This document shows positions 1-9,186 of a stretch of 18,065 bases of DNA, one piece after another. The DNA comes from Bacteroidia bacterium. GTDB taxonomy: Bacteria; Bacteroidota; Bacteroidia; J057; JANWXU01. The position numbers were made by a program, and so were the translations under genes. Every line of letters starts with the position of its first letter. Position 1 is the stretch's first letter. A model generated the notes under the pieces. It saw only the letters and a program-made list of their open reading frames with translations, did not search any database and had not been told where the DNA came from. The DNA is taken from positions 1 to 18,065 of the forward strand of contig JAVQVV010000208.1 of NCBI GenBank assembly GCA_033579355.1. Reading direction: 5' to 3'.

Positions 1-3000
1 GCTAAAGCGATTAAGGCCACTAACCACTTGACTTTCAATTAACTGGCGTGGATTTTCTTGCCATAGTTCTACAGTAGTACCTGGTTCATTAATGAAAGCT
101 TGTATATTCACTTCGCTTACGCCACAAATCCAAGCAGGAGCTTGGAGTATTGGCTGCTGAGGTTGTGACAAAACTTGTATTGCTACAGGCACTCGCTGGC
201 TTTTACAAATTCCTAATTCTGCTTCTACAAAGAAAAAAGTATTACCACTTACGGTAGGAGTTTCTAAAATATAGGGTGCTGTATGAGCAGTGGCAATTGG
301 ATTATTATCCTGTTGGCTTGAATAAAGACGTACAATTGTACCTAAGGGAGAAGCTGTGGCAGTAATATTCACTTTACCCTGCCCACATCGAGTTACCGGG
401 GTAACTACCTCCAGAGTAGGAGTAGGTAAGAAACGAATAGGCACGACTACTCTTTCTGAAAAACAACTGCCTAATTGAGATTGAAGATAATAAGTAAGAG
501 ATGGATTTGCATTCGAAATGCTAAATAAATATGGAAAAGTAGTCAAAGTTTGTAAAGGCGATTGGGCATTGTCGCTTTGCCATAAGTGGATATGGCTAGG
601 AGTAGGAGAAGCAGTTTGTACACTAAAATGTAAACTTTGGCCCTGGCAAACAGTCTGTGGTAATACACTAGGAGCCCCAGGTACAGGCAATACGTTTACA
701 CTAAAACTTACTCGGTTGCTTTCACAGCCTGTTTGGTTATCTTTAGCACTTAACCAAAAGGTAGTATTACTACTAAGAGTACCTAATGTAAGAACATAGG
801 GAGATAAAATACTTTGTAAGGGTGTAATAGCACTTGCAGTAGAATATAAGTGCAAGGTAGTATTCACGCTATTAGGATACGCAATGGTAATAGTTAACTG
901 CCTAGCACCACAAATATCGTAGTTAGTAACTGTTGGAGTTAAGGGTAAAGGCAAAATCTGAATCGGCAAGGGCATTAGAGTAGAGGGGCAGTTGTTACTA
1001 CTTATCACTTCTACATAGTAGGTAGTAGTTTGATTTACCATTCCCCAATTTTGAAAGACAAAGCTAGGCCCTCCACTTACTGCAGCTAAAGGTTGGGAAC
1101 CTGGAATTGCATAAAGCCTTGCCTGAGAACCATTTGTAGAAACCACAGTAAAGGTTACCGTGCCCGCACCACATCTTTGTAATGGTGAAGGAGTAATTGA
1201 AAAAGTAGTAGGCAGCTCTACAGTTACCACAAAAGGAGTACGCAAACTACTACAGCCATTAACTTCTACCTCAGCATAAAAAGTAGTAGTGGCATTGATA
1301 AAGGGTAAAATAACTTCAAAAGGAGAAGTGCGTCTTTGTGCTATTTCCACGCCTCCCTGTGCAAGATTGAAAACGCGCAATACCTCAGTACTGGGAGGTA
1401 AGAAAATAGGGCGTATGGTTGCTACACCACCTTGGCAGAGAGTAGTTGTAGGTATTTGGGGCGCACTAGGCAAAGGAGTAACAAAAATTTCTGTAGTGGA
1501 AGTAGCTACACAACCATTAGCAGCCCTTACTTCCAGAGTATATATTCCTGCTTGAAGAGGCTGGGCATTTTGCAAAAACAGCACTGGATTCGAAGAAAAG
1601 TAATTATTGGGTCCACGCCAAGTATACTGAGCAAAATTGCCAGGCGCCGTGTAACTTATATCTTTTCCTTGGCAAACCACTTGCCTAACGGGCAAGGAAA
1701 GCATAGGTACTTCTAAAATCGTAATAGCTACACCTACTTTTTCGCTTTCACATTGCAATTGTGCATCAAAAGAAGAAATGTAATAAGTGGTACTAGTAGT
1801 AACAGTGCTCGTATTCCAAGCTAAAGGAGTTTGAGTAGTTTGAAAAATAAGTTGCTGTGAAAAGTTATATATTCTAAAACTAGTAGCACTGGCAGAACTA
1901 TGAGTAGCTTCAAGTGTAAAAGCGGCAGCACCACAGTGACTCAAATTACTGGAATTAACGAGAGGGGGCCTAGGAGGAGGTGCTACTGCTACTACAAAAG
2001 GTTGCTTTTCTCCCGCACAATTTGCTTGAACAGCCTCTACTAAATAAGTAGTAGTTGTGCTTACCAAGCCAACATGCCATAGCCACGGATTCTGGGTAAT
2101 AGTTGCAATTTTATTTTGATTGTGGTAGATATTAAGTGCAACACCATTGGGTTGTGGAGGCAAGGGTATAGAAAGAGAATTTCCTTGACAAATTGTTTGC
2201 GGAGCAATAATTGGAGTAACCGGGGGAGGAGTCACAATAATACTAAATGGTACTCTTTGGGTAGTACACTGAGGGGCCTCTACATTTATTGCTTGCAAAT
2301 AATAAGTAACGGTAGTTGTAACAGATACATTCATCGCTCCCCCTAAAGTTTCAAGAATAGGAATACCTCCATTAGGCTGGGTAAATAGTAATATTCTATC
2401 ATTAGCTAAAGCATTATTTACAGTAAATTCTACAATACCTGCTCCACAACGGCTAAGATAAGAAACAGCAGGTGACAATGGCATACGCTGTACAATAGCA
2501 CTCACAGCAATACGCTGACTCTGACAACCACTACTGCTAGCAGCTATATAAAAAGTAGTAGTTTGAGTAATAGGGGGCGTAGTTAAAGTAAATGGTAATG
2601 TACTACTGCTTGCAAGCGGTAGAGCTGCCTGAGCACTTTCAAAAAGAAATACCTCATTAACAGCACCTCCAGCGAGAGGACTAAAAGTAACCACCCCCAT
2701 GCCACATCGAGTTACAGGACTTACTATTGGTGGGGCAGGCTTTTGCGTAGGATCAATAAATAACGTTACTTTAGTACGGGTATTACTTACGCAATTTCTA
2801 TTGAATGACTCTAAGTAATAATCCGCTAAAGTAGTTCCAGTAGGAATAGGTAATAAGAAAGAAAACGGCTGTGAATTATCTTCAGCTATAGGAAAACCCC
2901 CTATACTTTGAGTATACAACCTTACCCCTTGCACAGAGGGGTCTGTTTGTACTCCTTGCAAAAAGTATTGTGAAGCACCCTCACATATGCCAATCAAGGA

Positions 3001-6000
3001 GTTGGGTAAAACTGGAGGCAGCGGAGTAGACAATATTTCAATATTCAAAGGACTTCGAGAACTTTCACAGCCATTTTGCCTATTGCGCAAAGAATAATAA
3101 ATGTTTTGACTTTGACTAAAAGTATAAGTCAAATTGTTAGGGGGTAGTACCTGCAAAGGAGCGCTGGAATGAGCATCGGCATATAAAACAATTTCAAAAT
3201 TAGGGTCATTTATCAAAAAGGTGTGGCTTATGGAAGTATTGCAAGAACTAAGGCTCAATGGGGAGGGAGCAGAAGGAGTAGGAAATACATCAATATTTGC
3301 AGCAATCCTCGAACTATTACATTGTCTTGTTGTTTCAAAAAAATCAAAGTAAAAGGTAGTAGGAAAAGTAGCAGTAGTAACAAACTGAAAGGGTAAACTC
3401 GATAGACTAGCAATGGGAGTAGTAGCATTTGCACTTAAAAAAACTCTAGCGATAGTATTTGCAGGTAGAGCTGCACTAGGTAAAATGGTAAAAGTAACTA
3501 TACTGCCAGCACAAGCCTGCAAGCGGTTAACAATAGGCACGGGTAAATTATTTTCAAGAGTAATAATAACAGGGACTCTTTCACTTTTACAGTTATTTTG
3601 AAAATTGAAGCTTTGAACAAAAAATGTAGTGGTGGTAGTAATGTAGGGTGTGGTAATTAAAGCAGGATTACCACCCGCAGTAGCAAAGGGTTCATTAGCA
3701 ACAGGAGTAGTATATAAAGCTATAGCTTGCCCTCCTGCACCTTCTTGCTGAATGGTAAGCGTAACCATAGAAGCCTGACAAATAGAAACGGGAGCCACCT
3801 TAGGAGCCGCAGGAGTACTAAGCACTTCAATACGACTACTTACTCTAGGGCTGACGCAGTTACTTGCTATATCTATAGATTCAAAGTAGAAAGTTGTTGT
3901 AGTATTCAAAAAAGGAGTTTGCCAGCTGCAAGCGGATAAACAAACTACTGAATCTACGGAGAAAAGGTTTATATCTAATATTCTTACTTTTTTACCTGTA
4001 GCATTTAGGATATTCAAAAGAGCTTTACTGCCCTGACAAATACTTACACTTTGCACCATAGGAGTCATTACTCTAGGAGCTACTACTATTGGTACAGCAA
4101 GCGTATCACTTGGACAAAGGTTATTAGTTTGAACAAAATAAAAAGTAGTGCTTTGACTAATAGCTATTTCTACATTAGTAGCCCCTCTATATAATTGCGC
4201 AATAACAGTATTGCCCAAGTAAGAAGAATACGCTTTGACTGTATCCGCTTCAAAATTAGGGGGTAATGCGAAGCTTACATTTCCTGGTCCACAAAGCTGT
4301 ACAGGGCTTACTATTACCTGGGGTTTAGGGGGTCTTTGCAAAACTCTTGCAATGATAGGTATACTTTCCGAAAAACACCCATCATTACTAGTGCGAAGGT
4401 AAAAAGTAGTAGTAGTAGCGACGGAGGTTTCAAAAATAGCAAAATTTGCCCTTTGGCTCTGTAGTACTTCTTGGTTCTGGGAAAGAAGTTCTATAGCAGT
4501 ACCACCAGGTCTTCCTTGCAACGCAGTAATCGTAATACTTCCACTACCACAGCGTGTAAGTATGGAAGTTGCTGTAGGCGGAGCTGGTCTTTCATGAATA
4601 TAAACTGTTAATAAAGTTCTTTCTCGAGTGCTGCAGCCACTTTGGGTATTAATAGCTTCTAGCCAAAATCTTGTAGTAGTAGTAAGGTTATTGAGAATAA
4701 AAGTATGGGAAGGACCTAAGCTTTCTTGTAAGGGTTCGCCGCCGCTACGTTGTGAATATAAGCGGATAAGGGTATTAGGACTAGCACTGATTGAAAACGA
4801 GATATTGCCTGCACCACAGCGATGTACTTGGTTACTCGAGACTTCAATGTTGGGTAATGGTAATACGGTAATACTTGCGGGCTTACGATCACTTTCACAG
4901 CCTAAGCCTGAATGAAATACTGAAGCATAAAACGTAGTATGAGTAGTAATATTATTAAGCGTGAAAGTATAAGGAGCAGAACTACTAACTGCCATAAGCT
5001 GCCCGTCTTGTGGCGCATCGTATAAACGAATTTCTGTACCAGCCGGACTGCCCATATTTGCCGTGAGAGTAACTATGCCCCCTCCACAGGTAGTTATTGA
5101 ATTTATTTGTGGAATCGATAGGTGAATAACTTCAATTCGTAAAGGTACTCTTTCACTTTCGCAGTTACCATAAGCAGCAGAGAAATGATAAGTTGTGGTG
5201 GTAGTTATATTGTATATAGGAAATAAGTAAGGTGCCATAGGACGTGTATCTAAAGGCTCTGCGTCTTGCATACTTTCATACATTCGAATTTCAGGTGCTA
5301 GAGCATTATTAGGCAATACAGTAATTATTGTTTGCGCTGCCCCACAAAGTCGAATATTCTGCACTATAGGTGGGTTAGGTTTATTAACAATTTGAAAAAA
5401 CACGGGCTTCAAAGTAGTACATCGGGTTTGTTGATTAATAACCTGCACATAATATGTAGTAGAACTAGTTAAGATAGGAGTAATAAGAACAAAGGGTTCT
5501 GTAACGGCACTACTTAAAACTGTTCCCAAGGGATCTTGCAGCAACCGTACTTCTGTGCCTACGCTGGGATTAGGTATTTGAACACTAAAACTAATTTTTC
5601 CACTGCCGCAACGAGTAAGCTCTTTGGTATTAATAAAAGGCTCTTGGGCAGAAAATATAGTTACAGAAGCAGCAGAACGTACTAAGCTTTCGCAGCCCGT
5701 TCGAGAGTCTACGGATACAAAGTAATAGGTAATAGTTTGATTAGCCGCTGTAGAAAAAAGAAAAGGTTCTCTTTCCAGAGTTGCTACAGGTCTTGTTCCT
5801 TCGCTTTGAGTATACACTCTTACAAAGTGCCCTTGGGGAACACCTAAAGCAGTAAAAGTAACTAACCCAGTCTCACAGCGCTGAATGTTTTCTACAATAG
5901 GTGGAGTTGGCCCCTCTGAAAGCTGCACTACCACAGGAGTACGGGTAGTACTAGCACAACCATTAGCACTGTATCGGGTGCTTAAAAAGAAAGTAGTGGT

Positions 6001-6989
6001 AGTAGTAAGTTCGGGTGTTTCAAAAACATAAGGCGAGGTAGCATCCACTGCCAGCGGCTCACCCCCAAAAGGGGTTGCATATAGCAGTACCTCATCGCCG
6101 GGAGGAATATTCATAAAAGCAGAAATACTTACTTTTCCTGCTCCGCATCGACTAATATTTTGGGCTATAGGAGGTGCGGGTGGATTAATTGCTGTCGCCG
6201 TAACCTTCATACGGCTCGTACTACTACAACCACTTTGAGAAAAATAGCTACCTATCCAAAAATCTTGAGTTTCTCCCGCCATAAGGGTAGTAGTAAGCTC
6301 GTTGATACCCACGGCTATAGGCTGCCCTCCCTGCTCTTGAGTATATAAATGGACTTCGTCCCCCGAAGGATTACCCATTGTAACACTAAAGGTAACATTT
6401 CCACTACCACAGATAGTTACATTAGTATTTTCTACACTAGGAGTAGCAGGAGTAGTAGTTACTTGTACAAAAACTGGGGTGCGGGTACTGCTTTCACAAT
6501 ACCCAAGCCTAGTAGAAAGATAAAAAGTAGTAAGAGTTGTAACAACAGGCGTAGTAAGCAAATAAGGGGCATTAGAAGTAGAATCAATAGCTTGGGTAGC
6601 TTGCTCTTGGGTATATAAATATATTGTAGTACCGGGAACTAAGCCCATAGTTGCTGTAAAAGTCGCTACCGAGCTAGCACATAAATTTATCGAAGAGGCT
6701 GTGGGCGGCGAAGGAATAGGAGAAATATTTACTTCTAAAGAAGTGCGAGTAGGAGAATAACAATCTGTTAGTACATCCACGGTTTGCAGATAAAAGGTAG
6801 TAGGACCTGTAATATCTGGAGTAATAAGCTGATAAGGAGCTGCATTGGTAAAAGTAATTACAGTGCTTGAAAAGGGTGAATCATAAAGCATAATTGTACT
6901 TCCTGCCGGGTTACCCATAAAAGCAGTGATAGTTACTGGCCCCGGTCCACAGCGCGCATAGGCAATTGCAGTTGGGGGAGCGGGAGGCA
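1..6989 (-). repeat. Tandem array of ~27 coding repeats (~250-260 nt, ~85 aa each) encoding two-cysteine Ig-like domains. The array continues past window position 1.
   Basis: Each unit has a P-rich linker, [RLTI]CG.G.V[TS][FI][TS]A, G..I.LY......G.P[LI]A, TTT[FY][FY], GC.S.R, then PV.V.V. Repeats with [RLTI]CG.G-type motifs in order: AYARCGPGPVTITAF, VTICGSGNVTF, ISRCGAGKVSISAF, LTRCGSGKISFSV, ITTCGGGIVTLTA, VHRCGAGNISFSI, LTRCGSGSITITA, VTRCGMGVVTFS, LSRCGAGIVEFTV, LQRCGAGTVTFTV, VTRCGQGKVNITA. Near-identical nucleotide strings recur, e.g. cccacatcgagttaccgg at 381-398 and gccacatcgagttacagg at 2700-2717. Confidence 0.75.
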
Positions 6990-9186
6990 AACTGCAAACT
7001 AAAGAATCTCCAAATTTTATAATATATGCATCGCTAATACCAGCAAAAGATTGCATAAATTGCCCAGGCTGTTGCAAAAGGGGTAGATTGGAACTACTAC
7101 TTCCTGCTACCAAAACAGCATTATGACAATCATCAATGGTAATGCCTTTAGCAAAGTCTAAACCCGTAGAGCCTAAATAAGTAGACCAACTCAAGCTACC
7201 TGTACTTACATGAAAGCGCGTTAATAGAATATCTTCTGCACCTGCCAAAGTAGTATTTTGGAAAGGTCCTCCTGATTGCAAAGGAATATCTAAACTACTG
7301 GTTTTACCTACCGCTAACCAATAATTAGGAGGCATGTATTGCAAACTTTCCAATAGATCAGACCCTGTACTTCCACCCAAAGCGGTTGCCCAAAGCAAGG
7401 CACCTGTAGAATTGAAGCTTAGAACCATTGCATCCCAAAAGCCTGCCAAAGCTTGAGAATACTGATTAGTATTTTGAGTAATAGGAAAATCATTGCTAGC
7501 TGTTGCTCCTATTATGCACACTGTATTATTAGGCGCTACTTTAATATCGGTTACAACTTCATCGCTACTTCCCCCATAAAAGCAACCCCAATTATAAATA
7601 CCGCTACTTGTAAATTGCATTATAAAAGCCTCGCTAGCTCCACTACCACTATAAGCCTGATAATATTGCCCAGCATTTTGAGTAATAGGAAAATCAAGAC
7701 TAAAGGTAGTTCCTGCTAGGTATATTAAGTTACCTGTGCTACTAAAAGCAACACTATTTACTCGGTCTTGGTCAGTTCCTCCTACATAGGTAGACCAAAG
7801 TAGATTATCTTGGTCATCAAGCAAAAATAGAAAACCATCCCCTGTATTTCCGCCAAAGGGTTGGTTGTACTGCCCAGGGTTGTTGGTTATAGGAAAGCTA
7901 GTACTGGTAGTAAAACCAACACAAGCAACTTTATTATCAGGTGAAATAGCTATTTTCAAAACTTCATCGAAAGAATTACCCCCTCCGCCTAAGTAAGTAG
8001 ACCATAATAATGCACCATCGGTATCCAATTTCGTAATAAAACCATCACTATAAATGCCGTTTACTCCTTGAAAGCTTTGGGTATATTTGCTAGAATCATT
8101 AGTATAAGGGAAATTACTACTAAAAGTAGTACCTCCTACATAAACTTCACCATTCGAATTAACAGCAATAGTAGTACCAAAATCGTCTTCATTTCCGCCT
8201 AAATAAGTAATCCATAGTAGCTGCCCACATTTATTAAATTTAGCTACCCAAGCTTCGGCATTTCCTTTGTGAATAGGCTGCCATGCACCTGGTAAAATAT
8301 TAATATCGTTACTATAAGTAGTGCCTGTAATATAATTAGCACCTACTAGATCAGTGGCAACAGCTTCTGCATTATCTGGTTGGCTACCCCCTAAAAAACT
8401 GGCCCATAAGATAGGGTCAATAATTAAAGTCTTTTGTTTGTCGTAATTTTCAAGAGTGAAACTCCAAGTTTCAGTTTCTGTATTGTAGTACCAATTGGCA
8501 TTTAAAAGATTTGCTTTTGCGCTTGAAAAAGGAGAATATTTTGTAAGCTCAAAATTTTCTACCGAAAAGGCTACTGGTTTAGTTTGAACAACATAACCAT
8601 TGGGGAAAGAAATTTTTTGATGTTTTTCTTCTTCACTAAGTAAAATTTCTTGCGCTCCTTGAATTTTTAATTGAATATCTCTGGGATTAGCACCAGGATG
8701 TAGCACAAAATCATATTCGAAAACTAAATCTTTGGAACTAGAGCCCCCAGGGGACTTTGATGGAATAGAATAAACTAAATCAATTTTAGGATAAACATTT
8801 TTTATCCAAACTCTTTGATAAGTGGCTAATTGAGCTCGAGTACCTTGAGTGTAAACATTTACAAAAGGAATGGATTTTTCTAAAAATACAACCTGAGCAT
8901 TAGGATTAGCTTCCACCAATTCAAAAGCTAAGCGATAAACCTGAGTACTATAATAAGAATTATACGTACCCAATTTAGAAGCAGAAGCTTGAAAAAAATC
9001 TAGGGTAAAAGTGTTACTTGCAAAATTTGCTCTGATATTTCCGTTTTGGAGGGTAAAATAATTATCAAATGGTGCCCTTGGTAGAAAATAAGTATTTTGA
9101 GCAAGCCCTTTAGCCCCAAGTAGCAAACTTAAGTAACTAGCGCTCAACCAAAAGGCAAGGGTAAATTTTAGTATGATTTTCTTCAT
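1..9186 (-). CDS. Giant secreted cell-surface protein (adhesin-like), partial: signal peptide + N-terminal module + SBBP beta-propeller + ~27 tandem Ig-like repeats. C-terminus lies beyond window position 1; >=3062 aa are in the window.
   Basis: Minus-strand ATG at 9184-9186; hand translation gives MKKIILKFTLAFWLSASYLSLLLGAKGLAQ... The frame is exactly in register down to position 1. The ORF track shows no terminated minus-strand ORF in this frame anywhere in 1-9186; the only other minus ORF (4716-4898) is in a different frame. Spot translations stay in frame: 382-399 gives PVTRCG, and 1560-1670 gives GKDISYTAPGNFAQYTWRGPNNYFSSNPVLFLQNAQ. All plus-strand ORFs listed for 1-9186 are short and antisense. 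Confidence 0.85.
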   Translation of the reverse strand, partial: MKKIILKFTLAFWLSASYLSLLLGAKGLAQNTYFLPRAPFDNYFTLQNGNIRANFASNTFTLDFFQASASKLGTYNSYYSTQVYRLAFELVEANPNAQVVFLEKSIPFVNVYTQGTRAQLATYQRVWIKNVYPKIDLVYSIPSKSPGGSSSKDLVFEYDFVLHPGANPRDIQLKIQGAQEILLSEEEKHQKISFPNGYVVQTKPVAFSVENFELTKYSPFSSAKANLLNANWYYNTETETWSFTLENYDKQKTLIIDPILWASFLGGSQPDNAEAVATDLVGANYITGTTYSNDINILPGAWQPIHKGNAEAWVAKFNKCGQLLWITYLGGNEDDFGTTIAVNSNGEVYVGGTTFSSNFPYTNDSSKYTQSFQGVNGIYSDGFITKLDTDGALLWSTYLGGGGNSFDEVLKIAISPDNKVACVGFTTSTSFPITNNPGQYNQPFGGNTGDGFLFLLDDQDNLLWSTYVGGTDQDRVNSVAFSSTGNLIYLAGTTFSLDFPITQNAGQYYQAYSGSGASEAFIMQFTSSGIYNWGCFYGGSSDEVVTDIKVAPNNTVCIIGATASNDFPITQNTNQYSQALAGFWDAMVLSFNSTGALLWATALGGSTGSDLLESLQYMPPNYWLAVGKTSSLDIPLQSGGPFQNTTLAGAEDILLTRFHVSTGSLSWSTYLGSTGLDFAKGITIDDCHNAVLVAGSSSSNLPLLQQPGQFMQSFAGISDAYIIKFGDSLVCSLPPAPPTAIAYARCGPGPVTITAFMGNPAGSTIMLYDSPFSSTVITFTNAAPYQLITPDITGPTTFYLQTVDVLTDCYSPTRTSLEVNISPIPSPPTASSINLCASSVATFTATMGLVPGTTIYLYTQEQATQAIDSTSNAPYLLTTPVVTTLTTFYLSTRLGYCESSTRTPVFVQVTTTPATPSVENTNVTICGSGNVTFSVTMGNPSGDEVHLYTQEQGGQPIAVGINELTTTLMAGETQDFWIGSYFSQSGCSSTSRMKVTATAINPPAPPIAQNISRCGAGKVSISAFMNIPPGDEVLLYATPFGGEPLAVDATSPYVFETPELTTTTTFFLSTRYSANGCASTTRTPVVVQLSEGPTPPIVENIQRCETGLVTFTALGVPQGHFVRVYTQSEGTRPVATLEREPFLFSTAANQTITYYFVSVDSRTGCESLVRSAASVTIFSAQEPFINTKELTRCGSGKISFSVQIPNPSVGTEVRLLQDPLGTVLSSAVTEPFVLITPILTSSTTYYVQVINQQTRCTTLKPVFFQIVNKPNPPIVQNIRLCGAAQTIITVLPNNALAPEIRMYESMQDAEPLDTRPMAPYLFPIYNITTTTTYHFSAAYGNCESERVPLRIEVIHLSIPQINSITTCGGGIVTLTANMGSPAGTEIRLYDAPQDGQLMAVSSSAPYTFTLNNITTHTTFYASVFHSGLGCESDRKPASITVLPLPNIEVSSNQVHRCGAGNISFSISASPNTLIRLYSQRSGGEPLQESLGPSHTFILNNLTTTTRFWLEAINTQSGCSTRERTLLTVYIHERPAPPTATSILTRCGSGSITITALQGRPGGTAIELLSQNQEVLQSQRANFAIFETSVATTTTFYLRTSNDGCFSESIPIIARVLQRPPKPQVIVSPVQLCGPGNVSFALPPNFEADTVKAYSSYLGNTVIAQLYRGATNVEIAISQSTTFYFVQTNNLCPSDTLAVPIVVAPRVMTPMVQSVSICQGSKALLNILNATGKKVRILDINLFSVDSVVCLSACSWQTPFLNTTTTFYFESIDIASNCVSPRVSSRIEVLSTPAAPKVAPVSICQASMVTLTIQQEGAGGQAIALYTTPVANEPFATAGGNPALITTPYITTTTTFFVQSFNFQNNCKSERVPVIITLENNLPVPIVNRLQACAGSIVTFTILPSAALPANTIARVFLSANATTPIASLSSLPFQFVTTATFPTTFYFDFFETTRQCNSSRIAANIDVFPTPSAPSPLSLSSCNTSISHTFLINDPNFEIVLYADAHSSAPLQVLPPNNLTYTFSQSQNIYYSLRNRQNGCESSRSPLNIEILSTPLPPVLPNSLIGICEGASQYFLQGVQTDPSVQGVRLYTQSIGGFPIAEDNSQPFSFLLPIPTGTTLADYYLESFNRNCVSNTRTKVTLFIDPTQKPAPPIVSPVTRCGMGVVTFSPLAGGAVNEVFLFESAQAALPLASSSTLPFTLTTPPITQTTTFYIAASSSGCQSQRIAVSAIVQRMPLSPAVSYLSRCGAGIVEFTVNNALANDRILLFTQPNGGIPILETLGGAMNVSVTTTVTYYLQAINVEAPQCTTQRVPFSIIVTPPPVTPIIAPQTICQGNSLSIPLPPQPNGVALNIYHNQNKIATITQNPWLWHVGLVSTTTTYLVEAVQANCAGEKQPFVVAVAPPPRPPLVNSSNLSHCGAAAFTLEATHSSASATSFRIYNFSQQLIFQTTQTPLAWNTSTVTTSTTYYISSFDAQLQCESEKVGVAITILEVPMLSLPVRQVVCQGKDISYTAPGNFAQYTWRGPNNYFSSNPVLFLQNAQPLQAGIYTLEVRAANGCVATSTTEIFVTPLPSAPQIPTTTLCQGGVATIRPIFLPPSTEVLRVFNLAQGGVEIAQRRTSPFEVILPFINATTTFYAEVEVNGCSSLRTPFVVTVELPTTFSITPSPLQRCGAGTVTFTVVSTNGSQARLYAIPGSQPLAAVSGGPSFVFQNWGMVNQTTTYYVEVISSNNCPSTLMPLPIQILPLPLTPTVTNYDICGARQLTITIAYPNSVNTTLHLYSTASAITPLQSILSPYVLTLGTLSSNTTFWLSAKDNQTGCESNRVSFSVNVLPVPGAPSVLPQTVCQGQSLHFSVQTASPTPSHIHLWQSDNAQSPLQTLTTFPYLFSISNANPSLTYYLQSQLGSCFSERVVVPIRFLPTPTLEVVTPVTRCGQGKVNITATASPLGTIVRLYSSQQDNNPIATAHTAPYILETPTVSGNTFFFVEAELGICKSQRVPVAIQVLSQPQQPILQAPAWICGVSEVNIQAFINEPGTTVELWQENPRQLIESQVVSGLNRFS
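6990..8406 (-). other. SBBP-type beta-propeller repeat region, about 7-8 blades
   Basis: Translated repeats of ~55-60 aa with a recurring pattern: LLW[SA]TYLGG...D.g..IAv...G.vYv.G.T.S.DFP.T.N..Q....G..DgFi.kf. For example: LLWITYLGGNEDDFGTTIAVNSNGEVYVGGTTFSSNFPYT, LLWSTYLGGGGNSFDEVLKIAIS, LLWSTYVGGTDQDRVNSVAF, LSWSTYLGSTGLDFAKGITID. This is characteristic of the SBBP beta-propeller repeat family. Confidence 0.7.
8407..9096 (-). other. N-terminal ~230-aa module of the giant protein, preceding the propeller; function unknown
   Basis: Translated segment contains ...KDLVFEYDFVLHPGANPRDIQLKIQGAQEILLSEEEKHQKISFPNGYVVQTKPVAFSVENFEL..., resembling the conserved N-terminal module found in front of SBBP repeats in large Bacteroidota surface proteins. 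This is from memory, not searched. Confidence 0.4.
9097..9186 (-). other. N-terminal signal peptide of the giant protein (about 30 aa)
   Basis: Translated MKKIILKFTLAFWLSASYLSLLLGAKGLAQ: positively charged n-region (KK), hydrophobic core, and an AKG-LAQ-type small-residue cleavage region. Confidence 0.7.

Noticed and set aside
518-7719. Eleven plus-strand ORFs of 60-95 aa (518-799, 1289-1555, 1432-1716, 2116-2346, 3413-3601, 3727-3939, 4628-4915, 6160-6348, 6349-6618, 7453-7719) and a minus ORF at 4716-4898
   Set aside because: All lie inside, and antisense to or out of frame with, the continuous >9-kb minus-strand ORF. Their translations are low-complexity and their boundaries are arbitrary. 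They reflect the Thr/Ser/Val-rich codon periodicity of the giant gene and are not genes.
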